Shown here one piece after another: positions 37,864-46,832 of a DNA stretch of 64,000 nt (position 1 is the first letter of the stretch; every line of letters starts with the position of its first letter). Made by a program: the position numbers and the translations under genes. The stretch comes from a virus. A model generated the notes under the pieces. That model was not told the DNA's origin. It saw only the letters and a program-made list of their open reading frames with translations, and did no database searches. The DNA is taken from the IMG/VR virus record IMGVR_UViG_3300029448_007456, positions 50,779 to 114,778 of that record; one strand, 5' to 3'.

Positions 37864-39084
37864 TTATTTCTCTTGTGCCCACAGTTTTTGGGCAGAGAAG
37901 TTGGCTTTGGAAAATGTTAGTCTGTCTACAATCTTGACTGCTTGCCCATCATTATCAATGGCCACATAGCCTTCTGGGTTGGTCACTTGATAGCCTTGAT
38001 CTGTTTTGAGAAATTGTTTGGTAGACTGCACATCATTGATTTGTTTGATAATTTTGTTTTTGATCTGCATGGTTGCATTATGAATACGAATGATAGCAGA
38101 AACTCCGCGTTCATTCTCAGCAAACAATTTGCCCATCACTGCCACTGCTTGGTCACGTTTCAGTTTGGCTGTGTCTGTCTTGAGTTTATCCTTGGCTTGT
38201 GCTTGTATGTCACGATAGTAGTTGATGTATTGTTGCATCATTTGTTTTGGATCTTGTGTAACTCCACCTTTTTTGATTTGTGAATTGATGAACTGCAACA
38301 TGTATTGAACAAAATCTTTGCTGGTGGATAATTTCATCCACAGAGGCATGGGCACTTCGTCTACCAATTGATCAATTTTTTGAATTGCAGTTTTCAGTGA
38401 CAAACTTTCACTCTGTTTGAAAGTTGCTGTGCCAGTGAAGTCTTTGAAGTAGGCATCGTCATACCATACATTACTGTCTTGACCAAATTCACTAACGTCA
38501 ACTCCAAAGGATGCTGACAGTGTGTCCATTGTATCACCATCATACTTGGTGTGAAACACAATGCCAATTTTAGACTTGGTGATTTGATCATACAATTTAC
38601 TTCCTTTTTGCACAGCATATGTAATTGTGTTAGGAGTAAATGTTAAAAACGCTTCGTCGTCTATTCTCTCAGGCTTTAACATGCCAGGAATATACATAAG
38701 GTCGCCTTGCACCACACCTTGAATGTTTAGGCCGCTAAGATACCTATGAGCATACTTGAGAACTTTTGCAAGTCCACCTTGATGATTCTTATCAATGTCA
38801 TCAAATGTGTAATTTATTTTTGGTGTGCGAGCATTGAACACTGATTTAGTGCCCACAAAAAACTTTCCGTTAAGCGGATCTTTGCCACACACAATGGCAG
38901 GTGCACCATCCCACTTCACTGTGGCTCTCACATCAGCATCTGCATTGCCTCCTAGCATGTCCACCAGCCCCATAAGATATCTTACTGCTGATTTGGCGCC
39001 TACTAATCCGTTGCGAATTATTTCTTCTTCAATGTGATAGAGATGTGTGTTGACGTCTTCTGTTAAAAATTGCTTAATTCTCAT
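37864..39084 (-). CDS. conserved phage protein with ligase-like nucleotidyltransferase motifs
   Basis: TVKWDGAPA (KxDG), QGDL, PEGYV, VKIVDR; MRIKQFLTE N-terminus. Confidence 0.65.
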   Translation of the reverse strand: MRIKQFLTEDVNTHLYHIEEEIIRNGLVGAKSAVRYLMGLVDMLGGNADADVRATVKWDGAPAIVCGKDPLNGKFFVGTKSVFNARTPKINYTFDDIDKNHQGGLAKVLKYAHRYLSGLNIQGVVQGDLMYIPGMLKPERIDDEAFLTFTPNTITYAVQKGSKLYDQITKSKIGIVFHTKYDGDTMDTLSASFGVDVSEFGQDSNVWYDDAYFKDFTGTATFKQSESLSLKTAIQKIDQLVDEVPMPLWMKLSTSKDFVQYMLQFINSQIKKGGVTQDPKQMMQQYINYYRDIQAQAKDKLKTDTAKLKRDQAVAVMGKLFAENERGVSAIIRIHNATMQIKNKIIKQINDVQSTKQFLKTDQGYQVTNPEGYVAIDNDGQAVKIVDRLTFSKANFSAQKLWAQEK

Positions 39085-39322
39085 CTTTGCGAGCGAGACT
39101 GCGATAAAACTTTTTTGAATCTAGTGATTTAATGGAGTTGATGAATTTTTTATGTAGATCCATTGCCTCGTCCTTGTCATATACACTGTAAAATTCGTTG
39201 ACGATATTGATTGCTGACTCTAATACATGTTGACTTTTGTTCTCTACAATGTTCTTACGAGTTGATCCAGGAGATGACATGCTTATTTCTTCAAGAATTG
39301 AACGAGTGGTGCGTTTCATCAT
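39074..39322 (-). CDS. hypothetical late protein
   Basis: RTTRSILEEI; TAAATA at 39330-39325. Confidence 0.65.
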   Translation of the reverse strand: MMKRTTRSILEEISMSSPGSTRKNIVENKSQHVLESAINIVNEFYSVYDKDEAMDLHKKFINSIKSLDSKKFYRSLARKDEN

Positions 39323-39350
39323 AGTATTTACTTCCTAATAAATATTTGTG

Positions 39351-40097
39351 ATGTTACATGATTATACACTTCATTGCAAGCTGAGTGAACTGGTGTATCT
39401 TCCAGCAGAAGAATTCATGGGCAAAGTCAAGCGAGAGTATGGTTTATTCAGCGAATTTTCGTCAGTAGAAGGTTCAGATGTCGCTGTATGTTGGAACACA
39501 AGCAGAGTGATCATTGTGTGCAGAGGCACACAGCCTACATCGATGAATGATATCAAAGCAGATCTCAAAGCATATAAAACCAAATTCAAAGACATATGCT
39601 GGTGTCATGATGGTTTCAAAGACGAAGTGGAAAAAAATTTAGATTGGGCAATCAAAGTTGCCACCAAAAACAAAATGAACAACAAACAGATTTCTGTGTG
39701 TGGACATTCATTAGGTGGAGCCATGGCACATCTGTTTGCACTGTACATATCACATGAACTCAGCAATAATGTTAAATTGTACACATATGGTTCACCTAGA
39801 GTGGGTGGATGGTCATTCCACAAAGCATGGAAAAACTGCGACATTGAAGCACACAGATTTAGAAACAACAATGATGTTGTGCCTGGTGTACCGTTTGCCA
39901 TCATGGGATTCAAACACGTGGGCGAACTGCATTACATCAATCATTATGGTAATGTGCGTAAGATGTCATACTGGCAGAGAATGAAAGACAAACTTCGTGG
40001 ACGTTGGCGAGCACTGCAAAAAGGTCAACCCTTTGATGGTGTGTTTGATCACTCGATGGGTTTGTACGCCAACAAAATTTCCAAACAATTTAATTAA
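39351..40097 (+). CDS. class 3 lipase
   Basis: CRGT, HDGF, GHSLGGA, TYGSPRVG, NNDVVP, DHSM; TAAATA 6 nt upstream. Confidence 0.9.
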   Translation: MLHDYTLHCKLSELVYLPAEEFMGKVKREYGLFSEFSSVEGSDVAVCWNTSRVIIVCRGTQPTSMNDIKADLKAYKTKFKDICWCHDGFKDEVEKNLDWAIKVATKNKMNNKQISVCGHSLGGAMAHLFALYISHELSNNVKLYTYGSPRVGGWSFHKAWKNCDIEAHRFRNNNDVVPGVPFAIMGFKHVGELHYINHYGNVRKMSYWQRMKDKLRGRWRALQKGQPFDGVFDHSMGLYANKISKQFN

Positions 40098-40315
40098 GAA
40101 TAGTCTTTGAGAGGGCCACCATACTTCTTGCCTTTAATTTTTTTGCCGCCCACTTTGACTCGTTTAGATCCAATCTTCTGTGACTTTTCGCCTGTGCGTG
40201 ATCTTAGTCCTTGACTCTTGCATGATGACAACCAGGATTTAGGCAGTGCTGAATCCGGTTTGGATGATCTACACACCTTGGCTGGTGCTGGACCTATTAC
40301 TTCTGACAAACGCAT
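40094..40315 (-). CDS. small basic late protein
   Basis: SCKSQGLRSR..KKYGGPL; TAAATA 5 nt upstream. Confidence 0.65.
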   Translation of the reverse strand: MRLSEVIGPAPAKVCRSSKPDSALPKSWLSSCKSQGLRSRTGEKSQKIGSKRVKVGGKKIKGKKYGGPLKDYS

Positions 40316-40372
40316 ATGTGTATTTAACAGACCCCGCTATTGTGATTATTGTTTTTGCTTGTGGCCCCGCTA

Positions 40373-40711
40373 TTAGGTTCGTTTGATGCCTTTGATTTTT
40401 CTTGCTTTGGCTCTTCTCAGCGGATTAACTTTCTTCAGAATTTTTGTGACAGGTGATGTTCTCATTGTTCTTGCTCGTTTGAATGATGCCTGACCTGCTT
40501 TTCTCTTTCTGGTCATCTTCGCCGCAATTCTTTTAGCAACATCAATGGGTTTGTTGCAGGTGGCAGGGTCTGCCACAATACGGCCTTTGCGTGGTCCTGA
40601 TGTGCAACGAAACTTTCTTTTGATCTTGGGGGCAGAAGTGCCCTGTCTATCACGGGCAAACACACCTCTGGATGCTTCTTCAACACCTTCGAACAGTTCA
40701 TAGACTTTCAT
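40373..40711 (-). CDS. highly basic protein; paralog of 33496..33780
   Basis: MKVYELFE; RKFRCTSGPRKGRIVA; TAAATA 5 nt upstream. Confidence 0.7.
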   Translation of the reverse strand: MKVYELFEGVEEASRGVFARDRQGTSAPKIKRKFRCTSGPRKGRIVADPATCNKPIDVAKRIAAKMTRKRKAGQASFKRARTMRTSPVTKILKKVNPLRRAKARKIKGIKRT

Positions 40712-40753
40712 CAATATATTTATTGGCTTCAGGACACACGTCAGTATTACTTG

Positions 40754-40812
40754 TCAGTATGGCTTCAGTATGGCTTCAGTATGGCTTCAGTATGGCTTCA
40801 GTATGGCTTCAG
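40754..40812. repeat. perfect tandem repeat (TCAGTATGGCT)x5 plus partial unit
   Basis: Read directly; TGGCTTCAGGACA also at 40724-40736 and 40804-40816. Confidence 0.95.
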
Positions 40813-40949
40813 GACATATGCCATACACTGATCACACACATGATTGATAGGGATATGAAAATTGCTATGGCCAGATAGAGGTCCCAATATATTTTCAAAT
40901 CTGGCAGTAATATTTTATTACTCCATCGTCGTAATATTTTATTACTCAT
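40809..40949 (-). CDS. 46-aa membrane peptide (not in ORF track)
   Basis: AGGAGG RBS; MSNKILRRWSNKILLPDLKIYWDLYLAIAIFISLSIMCVISVWHMS. Confidence 0.55.
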   Translation of the reverse strand: MSNKILRRWSNKILLPDLKIYWDLYLAIAIFISLSIMCVISVWHMS

Positions 40950-41021
40950 TTTTAGTCCTCCTGTCTATTGGCAAGGCGTGAGGTGCCCTGTGAATATGCT
41001 TCACATCGACCTCCATGGTAT

Positions 41022-42218
41022 CTACAGTTTAAATTCATGTTTGAATCTGTCAACCACGTGATAGGTCCAAAAGATTGTGGGTCTGTTGGTGGTCAGTGTC
41101 AAGGCCTCTGATAAGATTTTCAATTGAGGTTTGAACAGTTCCAACCAATGATTGATGTCCATGGCCAGGTGATGATTGTGTTGTATGGCAGATACATTTT
41201 CACGCCAAAGAGTTTCAATTGCCTCATGGTCTGTGATTAATTCTTTGTTCAGTTCACAACCACCTATGGTTTGATAATATCTATCAAGTGAATCCAGATG
41301 ATCAGTGTGAAAACAATTGGCAAAGGTTTCTAATCCCAATTGGTGATATAGATCAAAAACTTTATAATTGCCAAACTGTAGAACCAAAGTCCCACCTGCA
41401 AATGATTCCCAAGTTTTTTCTCCAACATCTGTGTTGAGAGTGATGTCTTGCGGTTCAGTTTGCAGAGATAGATAGGATGTCAATTTATACTGTGGTATCA
41501 ATAAATTTATGCCAGTATCAAATCTCCTATAAGGAAATTCCTCTGGTTGTGATATGATGACGTCATCTTCTTGCAGTCGTCTCTCAACAGAATCTCTCTC
41601 AATGTAATTGCAACCACCATTGTCACTTGCAACAATGCGCCAAGATCTTGGCTTGTTGGTGATGGGTTTGCGGATTAGATCATTCCATTGCACGGGAAGA
41701 TTCTTGCGAGGTGACACGTGACTTCTATTGGCATACGAAGAATAATCAATCACTGGTTTAATCATAGATAGATCACTTTCTTCAGGTTTGGTGTAAGTCA
41801 ACTGGTCCAGCGGATAATTTTTTGCCAACCAATGCTCCAACAAGATGCGATTGATTCTATTCCTACCACCAAGATGATTAACAGTGAATCGTCTCGAGGA
41901 TTGCCAATCAACAGGCACATCCTGGCGGTCTTTTATCATGGTTGCAGGCCACATAAATGTCAGCGGAATCCAGATCACATTGTCACAGTCATCAAGAGAT
42001 GTCCTGTAGTGATCAAGAAAGAACACACAATTAGGATATTGTTTGACCAACTGATCCAGCAGATGAGGCTGACCTTGGAGATACTGTTTGGCACGGGGAC
42101 CTCCTGTGGTTTCAGTGTTGGTATGATCAATCACTACCACATATTTGGTGGTGGATGTAATGCCCTGCAGAATCTCATCATCCGTCATAGTAGGCCATAA
42201 TATAAAAGTCTCTGCCAT
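41022..42218 (-). CDS. distant member of the glycosyltransferase-like family at 44680-47893
   Basis: LSLQTE..GEKTWESF..LGLETF parallels ELVxE..EKxxKP..GFxTF. Confidence 0.55.
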   Translation of the reverse strand: MAETFILWPTMTDDEILQGITSTTKYVVVIDHTNTETTGGPRAKQYLQGQPHLLDQLVKQYPNCVFFLDHYRTSLDDCDNVIWIPLTFMWPATMIKDRQDVPVDWQSSRRFTVNHLGGRNRINRILLEHWLAKNYPLDQLTYTKPEESDLSMIKPVIDYSSYANRSHVSPRKNLPVQWNDLIRKPITNKPRSWRIVASDNGGCNYIERDSVERRLQEDDVIISQPEEFPYRRFDTGINLLIPQYKLTSYLSLQTEPQDITLNTDVGEKTWESFAGGTLVLQFGNYKVFDLYHQLGLETFANCFHTDHLDSLDRYYQTIGGCELNKELITDHEAIETLWRENVSAIQHNHHLAMDINHWLELFKPQLKILSEALTLTTNRPTIFWTYHVVDRFKHEFKL

Positions 42219-42232
42219 ACTTTAATTATTGA

Positions 42233-42340
42233 TCAACTGATCACAGTGAATCCCCATTCTGAAAGGATTCTGATGCCTGTGACTGTGATGGATACTGCCT
42301 CAATTAATATTAATGTTCCTATAAATGCTATTGTTTCCAT
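42233..42340 (-). CDS. 35-aa hydrophobic peptide (not in ORF track)
   Basis: METIAFIGTLILIEAVSITVTGIRILSEWGFTVIS; TTGACA-N16-CATAAT-6 nt-ATG. Confidence 0.55.
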   Translation of the reverse strand: METIAFIGTLILIEAVSITVTGIRILSEWGFTVIS

Positions 42341-42346
42341 ATCTGT

Positions 42347-42408
42347 ATTATGAAGTCTTATAATAATATGTCAACAGGGGTTGACGAATTTGAACATGGA
42401 CTTATTAT
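42347..42408. promoter_or_regulatory. divergent sigma70-type promoters at the major strand switch
   Basis: Minus TTGACA 42374-42369 with CATAAT; plus TTGACG 42381-42386, N16, TATTAT 42403-42408. Confidence 0.75.
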
Positions 42409-42434
42409 AATATGTATAAACCAGGAGGTTGAAC

Positions 42435-42866
42435 ATGACAATGAGTTATAAGACTAAACAAACAGACACTTTCACACAATTTGTGAAGGGTGACGACAAT
42501 CCAGTATTTGCTGATAGATTGGCAAAACTACAAGAAGGCATTGTGATCATCATGAATGAACACAAATTAAGATATAAACACCTTGCAGAAAGAAACGCCA
42601 GAATAGAATACAACACAGGCAAGAGATACATCAAAATGATCTACTTGGATGGTGGATCCTACTCACGCAGAGTGCATGGCTTCATCGACAGGACCAATGG
42701 TGATGTGTTGATGCCCGCTGGCTGGAATGCTCCTGCCAAGTCAGGTGCTAGAGGTAATATATGGAATGATGACTATGGATTGAATGCCATGAATGAATAT
42801 GGTGTGAACTACAAAGGTCATGTTTCCAACAATGATTGGATCGTGGAGATTGTAAATGAAGGATAA
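42435..42866 (+). CDS. conserved early phage protein
   Basis: GKRYIK..VHGFIDRTNGDVLMPAGWNAPAK..RGNI; GGAGGTTG RBS. Confidence 0.75.
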   Translation: MTMSYKTKQTDTFTQFVKGDDNPVFADRLAKLQEGIVIIMNEHKLRYKHLAERNARIEYNTGKRYIKMIYLDGGSYSRRVHGFIDRTNGDVLMPAGWNAPAKSGARGNIWNDDYGLNAMNEYGVNYKGHVSNNDWIVEIVNEG

Positions 42867-43221
42867 TAAGAAAACTTTTTTTTATCAAACAGTGAAATGG
42901 GCCACTTGGTTCTGGGCCTTGTTTGGTATGGCCACGATAATATATGCCTACACCTTGTTATGGGACTTCAAACAACACGCCGAAACCTACAACGACTTTA
43001 ATGCAGTTCAATTGTCATGGGAAAAACCATACATCAGTGAATTAGAGTCATGGCACGTGGTGGTCGACTACTGTATGGATGAGGCCTGTGGCCGAATGCA
43101 AGGCGCAGACATTTATCACAGTAAGGACATCTGTGATGTCAACAGACAAGAAATTGTGGCAGATACCATAGATGTAGGAGGAGTTTGGGCCTACAGATGT
43201 GTTGAAAAACAAGACATTTAA
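42856..43221 (+). CDS. membrane-anchored hypothetical protein
   Basis: N-terminal TM helix; overlaps upstream stop. Confidence 0.6.
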   Translation: MKDNKKTFFYQTVKWATWFWALFGMATIIYAYTLLWDFKQHAETYNDFNAVQLSWEKPYISELESWHVVVDYCMDEACGRMQGADIYHSKDICDVNRQEIVADTIDVGGVWAYRCVEKQDI

Positions 43222-43226
43222 CATGG

Positions 43227-43254
43227 TTGACAGATTACCAACAGGAAATATAAT
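43227..43254 (+). promoter_or_regulatory. early promoter
   Basis: TTGACA-N16-TATAAT with ATTACCA half-site. Confidence 0.85.
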
Positions 43255-43287
43255 AGTATTATCAAACAAAGACAAAGGAGGTCGTGT

Positions 43288-43581
43288 ATGATACAAAAAT
43301 ACAACTTTAAAAGAGGCGAACTTATCACAGCCATTCACGAGATGAGCAGAGATGACTTAGACTTAGTCGTTGAAGCCGTGAAGTTGAGAAGAACTTATCT
43401 TCACAAACAGAATGCCAGAGAAATGCAGATAGGTGACTATGTGGAGTTTGATGGCAAACATGGCATGTCCATGAAAGGCAAAGTCGTCAAGAAGGCAATC
43501 AAATATCTCAACGTCGATTGCACCATGCATGGTGGATCTATTTGGAGAGTGCCAGCAGGTGCATTAAGGAAAGTGGCATAA
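43288..43581 (+). CDS. early hypothetical protein (SH3-like C-terminus)
   Basis: GGAGGTCG RBS; IGDYVEF..GKVVK..WRVP. Confidence 0.75.
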   Translation: MIQKYNFKRGELITAIHEMSRDDLDLVVEAVKLRRTYLHKQNAREMQIGDYVEFDGKHGMSMKGKVVKKAIKYLNVDCTMHGGSIWRVPAGALRKVA

Positions 43582-43796
43582 TGCTGATTAAAATCAACGA
43601 CGACATCAAGGTGGGGCCCCTAGAGGGCACCATCACTTCTATCTCAATCGGAGTCACACAAGGCGATCCAGCAGGTGAACTTGGCCCCAAGGCAGTTGAA
43701 TATGACACTGAACTAGGTTATCAAGGTGCAGTCACTTACATCACAAGAGCAGGCGACAGCAAGTGGGCCTACTTTAGACAGATTGAAGAAGCATGA
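43581..43796 (+). CDS. early hypothetical protein
   Basis: TAATG coupling; start MLIKIND. Confidence 0.65.
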   Translation: MLIKINDDIKVGPLEGTITSISIGVTQGDPAGELGPKAVEYDTELGYQGAVTYITRAGDSKWAYFRQIEEA

Positions 43797-43915
43797 GTCA
43801 TCCTGGCAACGATGAATTGATGGAAAGATATTATGATGAAGGCCTTGACCTTGGTCTATCAGAAGAGGAAGCAGAAAAATATGCCCAAGAAAAATTCGAA
43901 CAAGAATCCTACTAA
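43793..43915 (+). CDS. 40-aa acidic protein (not in ORF track)
   Basis: ATGA coupling; MSHPGNDELMERYYDEGLDLGLSEEEAEKYAQEKFEQESY. Confidence 0.6.
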   Translation: MSHPGNDELMERYYDEGLDLGLSEEEAEKYAQEKFEQESY

Positions 43916-44234
43916 GGACGAAGGTGTTTATACTGTGGACTCAGACAAACTGTCTTATGGCTATGTTTCAGGCACATATCGAGATCAAGGTTGCATCACA
44001 GTGACATTCAATGATAGAGTGCAACAAGCATGGCATCCTCATCACAATCACAAAGGCGGTGACTTCAAAATCAAGCCAGAATTGATTGTGGACTTCTTGC
44101 AGAAGATAGGAGTCACTTTACATTTTCACACAGACCGAAAACATTCATACTGTAATAAAATTGAATTGAAGCCATGGTCTGAATTTGAACAAACTTTGAG
44201 ACAATCAATTGACAAAAACAAAGAATACAATTAA
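43881..44234 (+). CDS. early hypothetical protein
   Basis: Probable start MPKKNS. Confidence 0.55.
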   Translation: MPKKNSNKNPTKDEGVYTVDSDKLSYGYVSGTYRDQGCITVTFNDRVQQAWHPHHNHKGGDFKIKPELIVDFLQKIGVTLHFHTDRKHSYCNKIELKPWSEFEQTLRQSIDKNKEYN

Positions 44235-44243
44235 AATATAATC

Positions 44244-44471
44244 ATGGCTATCATTATACAAAAAAATCAAAAGTTTTTTGATGAAGTGTCCAAGTTCAAT
44301 CCTAAACTTGCAAGACTTTTGGAGCATGAACATGGATGGACAGATAAATTAGTGCATAGGAGTGACGATGGAAGTATACCACAACCCAGAAGACGACAAG
44401 AAGGAACTAAAGCGATTGCAGATGATGATCCGATTAAAAACTTGGTTCCAGACAAGATGGGAAGAAATTAA
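44244..44471 (+). CDS. early hypothetical protein, leaderless
   Basis: TTGACA(44209)-N17-TAAAAT-6 nt-ATG. Confidence 0.65.
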   Translation: MAIIIQKNQKFFDEVSKFNPKLARLLEHEHGWTDKLVHRSDDGSIPQPRRRQEGTKAIADDDPIKNLVPDKMGRN

Positions 44472-44477
44472 ATCCTT

Positions 44478-44594
44478 ATGTGGTGGCTTGAAGCCATAGG
44501 AGCCACACTACTCTTAGGAGCCATTATTGTATTAAACTGTTTGGTTTTATTCGATGATGGCAAACGCAATGGGTCGAAGTCCCGCAAGGACTAA
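44478..44594 (+). CDS. 38-aa single-TM peptide (not in ORF track)
   Basis: MWWLEAIGATLLLGAIIVLNCLVLFDDGKRNGSKSRKD. Confidence 0.5.
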   Translation: MWWLEAIGATLLLGAIIVLNCLVLFDDGKRNGSKSRKD

Positions 44595-44660
44595 GCAACA
44601 AATTTCATTCGACCTCCAATCAATGAAAGCAAGGCTCGGAACTAATCTTCCGGGCCTTTG
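44595..44660 (+). ncRNA. candidate anti-SD sRNA, copy 1 (3' UTR hairpin plus terminator hairpin)
   Basis: TTTCATT-CGACCTCCAATC-AATGAAA (44603-44628), identical at 59758-59783; then 11-bp hairpin 44631-44658. Confidence 0.6.
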
Positions 44661-44679
44661 TCATCTATAAGTATTTTTT

Positions 44680-45807
44680 ATGAACCTAGACAGCATAGAT
44701 CTTATCAAATTGACTGACGTGCAAAGACTTAAACTCAATTTAAGATTGCCAAAACCAGATCAAGAAATCATAGGCGATATGTCAGTTTTGCCTATGACCT
44801 TGCTAATGGGATGTCAAATAAAAATTTTGCCTGAAAATGATCTCAGGCAATGGTTGAAAAAAGAAAATTGTTTTTTATTGGATGGTAAAAAAATATCATA
44901 TCCTAGTTTTTCAAATGACGCCAGTGATGCCACACAAGATTTTATTGACATAGGTGGAGATCACTTTTGTATAGGTGACTCAAGTTTGGGTGGGAGATAT
45001 AAAAATCACGTTGACAGTTTTTATCCTTCAACATTTTTTGGATTTAGTGAAAAAAATTTATTAGATATACCAATTGAGCAAAGACAAGGCTGGTGTTGCA
45101 CGGTGTCAAAAAGACGTCCCACGAGAGATTGTATAATTGATATTATAAAATCCAAACATATGAACAAATTCCAAGGTAATGAATGGCTATGCTATGATGG
45201 TATCGATGAAAGTCAAAAAGAGATCATTGATTTGATGTTCAGAAGTCCTCAAGGAGGTAAAGCCGCTTTCATTGAATCTTGTGATGGTATAGATAACCAA
45301 CCATCAAGAAACTGGAGTGATCGCACGTTCACAGACACATTTGATAAGCACCAATCACACACAAATCAATTCCTAGGAGGCATCAAAAATTCCGCAGGTG
45401 GAGACCTAGGACATTTATTAGGTCCATGGCATAGGACAAGTTTGATTGAATTAGTATCAGAAGCAACAGTTGATTGGTTTGACCCATCTGAAAAAATGGC
45501 AAAACCTCTCAGAGCAGGTATGCCGTTTGTGGTGGTTGCCAGTCATAGATTTCTATACCGTCTGCGTAAAATGGGTTTGAAAACTTTCCATCCCTACATC
45601 AACGAATCATATGATACACAAGACAATTGGCGTAAACGCACAGAAATGGCAGTGGACGCCATGTTTGATTTTTCAAAATCTCCACAACAACTAGAACAGG
45701 TTGCAGAAATATGCAAACACAATCAAAACATCATGGTCAAGATTGGAAAACACAATAACCTTAAAAGAACTGCAAAAAAATTGAAAAGGCTCATAACTTT
45801 TTCTTGA
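44680..45807 (+). CDS. glycosyltransferase-like phage protein, paralog 1 of 3
   Basis: ELVSEAT..SEKMAKPLRAGMPFVVVA..LRKMGLKTFHPYINESYD; TATAAGTA 6 nt upstream. Confidence 0.65.
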   Translation: MNLDSIDLIKLTDVQRLKLNLRLPKPDQEIIGDMSVLPMTLLMGCQIKILPENDLRQWLKKENCFLLDGKKISYPSFSNDASDATQDFIDIGGDHFCIGDSSLGGRYKNHVDSFYPSTFFGFSEKNLLDIPIEQRQGWCCTVSKRRPTRDCIIDIIKSKHMNKFQGNEWLCYDGIDESQKEIIDLMFRSPQGGKAAFIESCDGIDNQPSRNWSDRTFTDTFDKHQSHTNQFLGGIKNSAGGDLGHLLGPWHRTSLIELVSEATVDWFDPSEKMAKPLRAGMPFVVVASHRFLYRLRKMGLKTFHPYINESYDTQDNWRKRTEMAVDAMFDFSKSPQQLEQVAEICKHNQNIMVKIGKHNNLKRTAKKLKRLITFS

Positions 45808-46832
45808 TGGATATCAATAAGATAGATACAACTAATTTGTCTCTTAGAGAGCAAATCCTTATCAATCAAAAACTACCACGGCCTAAACAAAATGTATTTG
45901 GTGATATCCAAGCATTTCCTGTCACATTCAGATTGGGTTGTAGAATAGAACTGTCTGACAAACCACAATGGCACGATGGCAACGCTCCTGCCATACTAAT
46001 TGATGGCAAAAAAGTAAATTGGGGGCCCGATTCAACCTTAGATTTTGAAAAAAATCCAAATGAATATCTACTGTGTATTGGAGAATCTTCACTTCACGCC
46101 AAATACTCCAATCATATTGATCATCTTTATTCGCCTTATCTTTGGAAGACTGGAGTGATGCAGGAACAGATATCACTGGCTCAAAGGCAAGGGTGGTGTT
46201 GCACCATGTTCCGTAAAGATCAACACAGAGATTATATCAGTGAACTGTTGATAACCAAGTACCAAAATCAATTCACAGGCTCGGAATGGTTTTGTTATGA
46301 TCAAGGCCACAACTTCAAAGATCTATTCAAACATATGTTTCGCAAACCTCATCGCAAAAGTCTACAAAATCTGCTTGGCTCGGGCAATATGGAATTATTG
46401 AAAACATTTCCAGTGATATCTGGCGATGCAGATCACAAATCATTAGGACCATGGCACGCACAGACTCTGGTTGAGTTGGTGCCCGAAACGACCACAAGAT
46501 ATTTTGACCCCACTGAAAAAATCTACAAACCAATATCAGCAGGTATGCCGTTTGTGATGGTTGCTAGTCAAGGATTTTTATATCGTCTGCGTAAAATGGG
46601 ATTCTGCACGTTCCATCCGTGGATAGATGAATCCTATGATCAAGAACCTAATTGGAAGATCAGAACAGAAATGGCTGTGGCGGCTATGTTTGAATTTGTT
46701 CAATCTCCAAACAATCTTGAACATATTCAATCTGTGTGTGATCACAATCAACAGACTTTCCGTCGCATCAGACGGCATGATTACTTGTCAAGGATTGCCA
46801 AAAAACTTCGGCCACTAATTACTATTGAATGA
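45807..46832 (+). CDS. glycosyltransferase-like phage protein, paralog 2 of 3
   Basis: ELVPETT..TEKIYKPISAGMPF..LRKMGFCTFHPWIDESYD. Confidence 0.65.
   Translation: MDINKIDTTNLSLREQILINQKLPRPKQNVFGDIQAFPVTFRLGCRIELSDKPQWHDGNAPAILIDGKKVNWGPDSTLDFEKNPNEYLLCIGESSLHAKYSNHIDHLYSPYLWKTGVMQEQISLAQRQGWCCTMFRKDQHRDYISELLITKYQNQFTGSEWFCYDQGHNFKDLFKHMFRKPHRKSLQNLLGSGNMELLKTFPVISGDADHKSLGPWHAQTLVELVPETTTRYFDPTEKIYKPISAGMPFVMVASQGFLYRLRKMGFCTFHPWIDESYDQEPNWKIRTEMAVAAMFEFVQSPNNLEHIQSVCDHNQQTFRRIRRHDYLSRIAKKLRPLITIE

Noticed and set aside
40754-40812. CRISPR array
   Set aside because: 11-bp head-to-tail units with no spacers; no cas operon (the Cas4-like nuclease is a common stand-alone phage gene)
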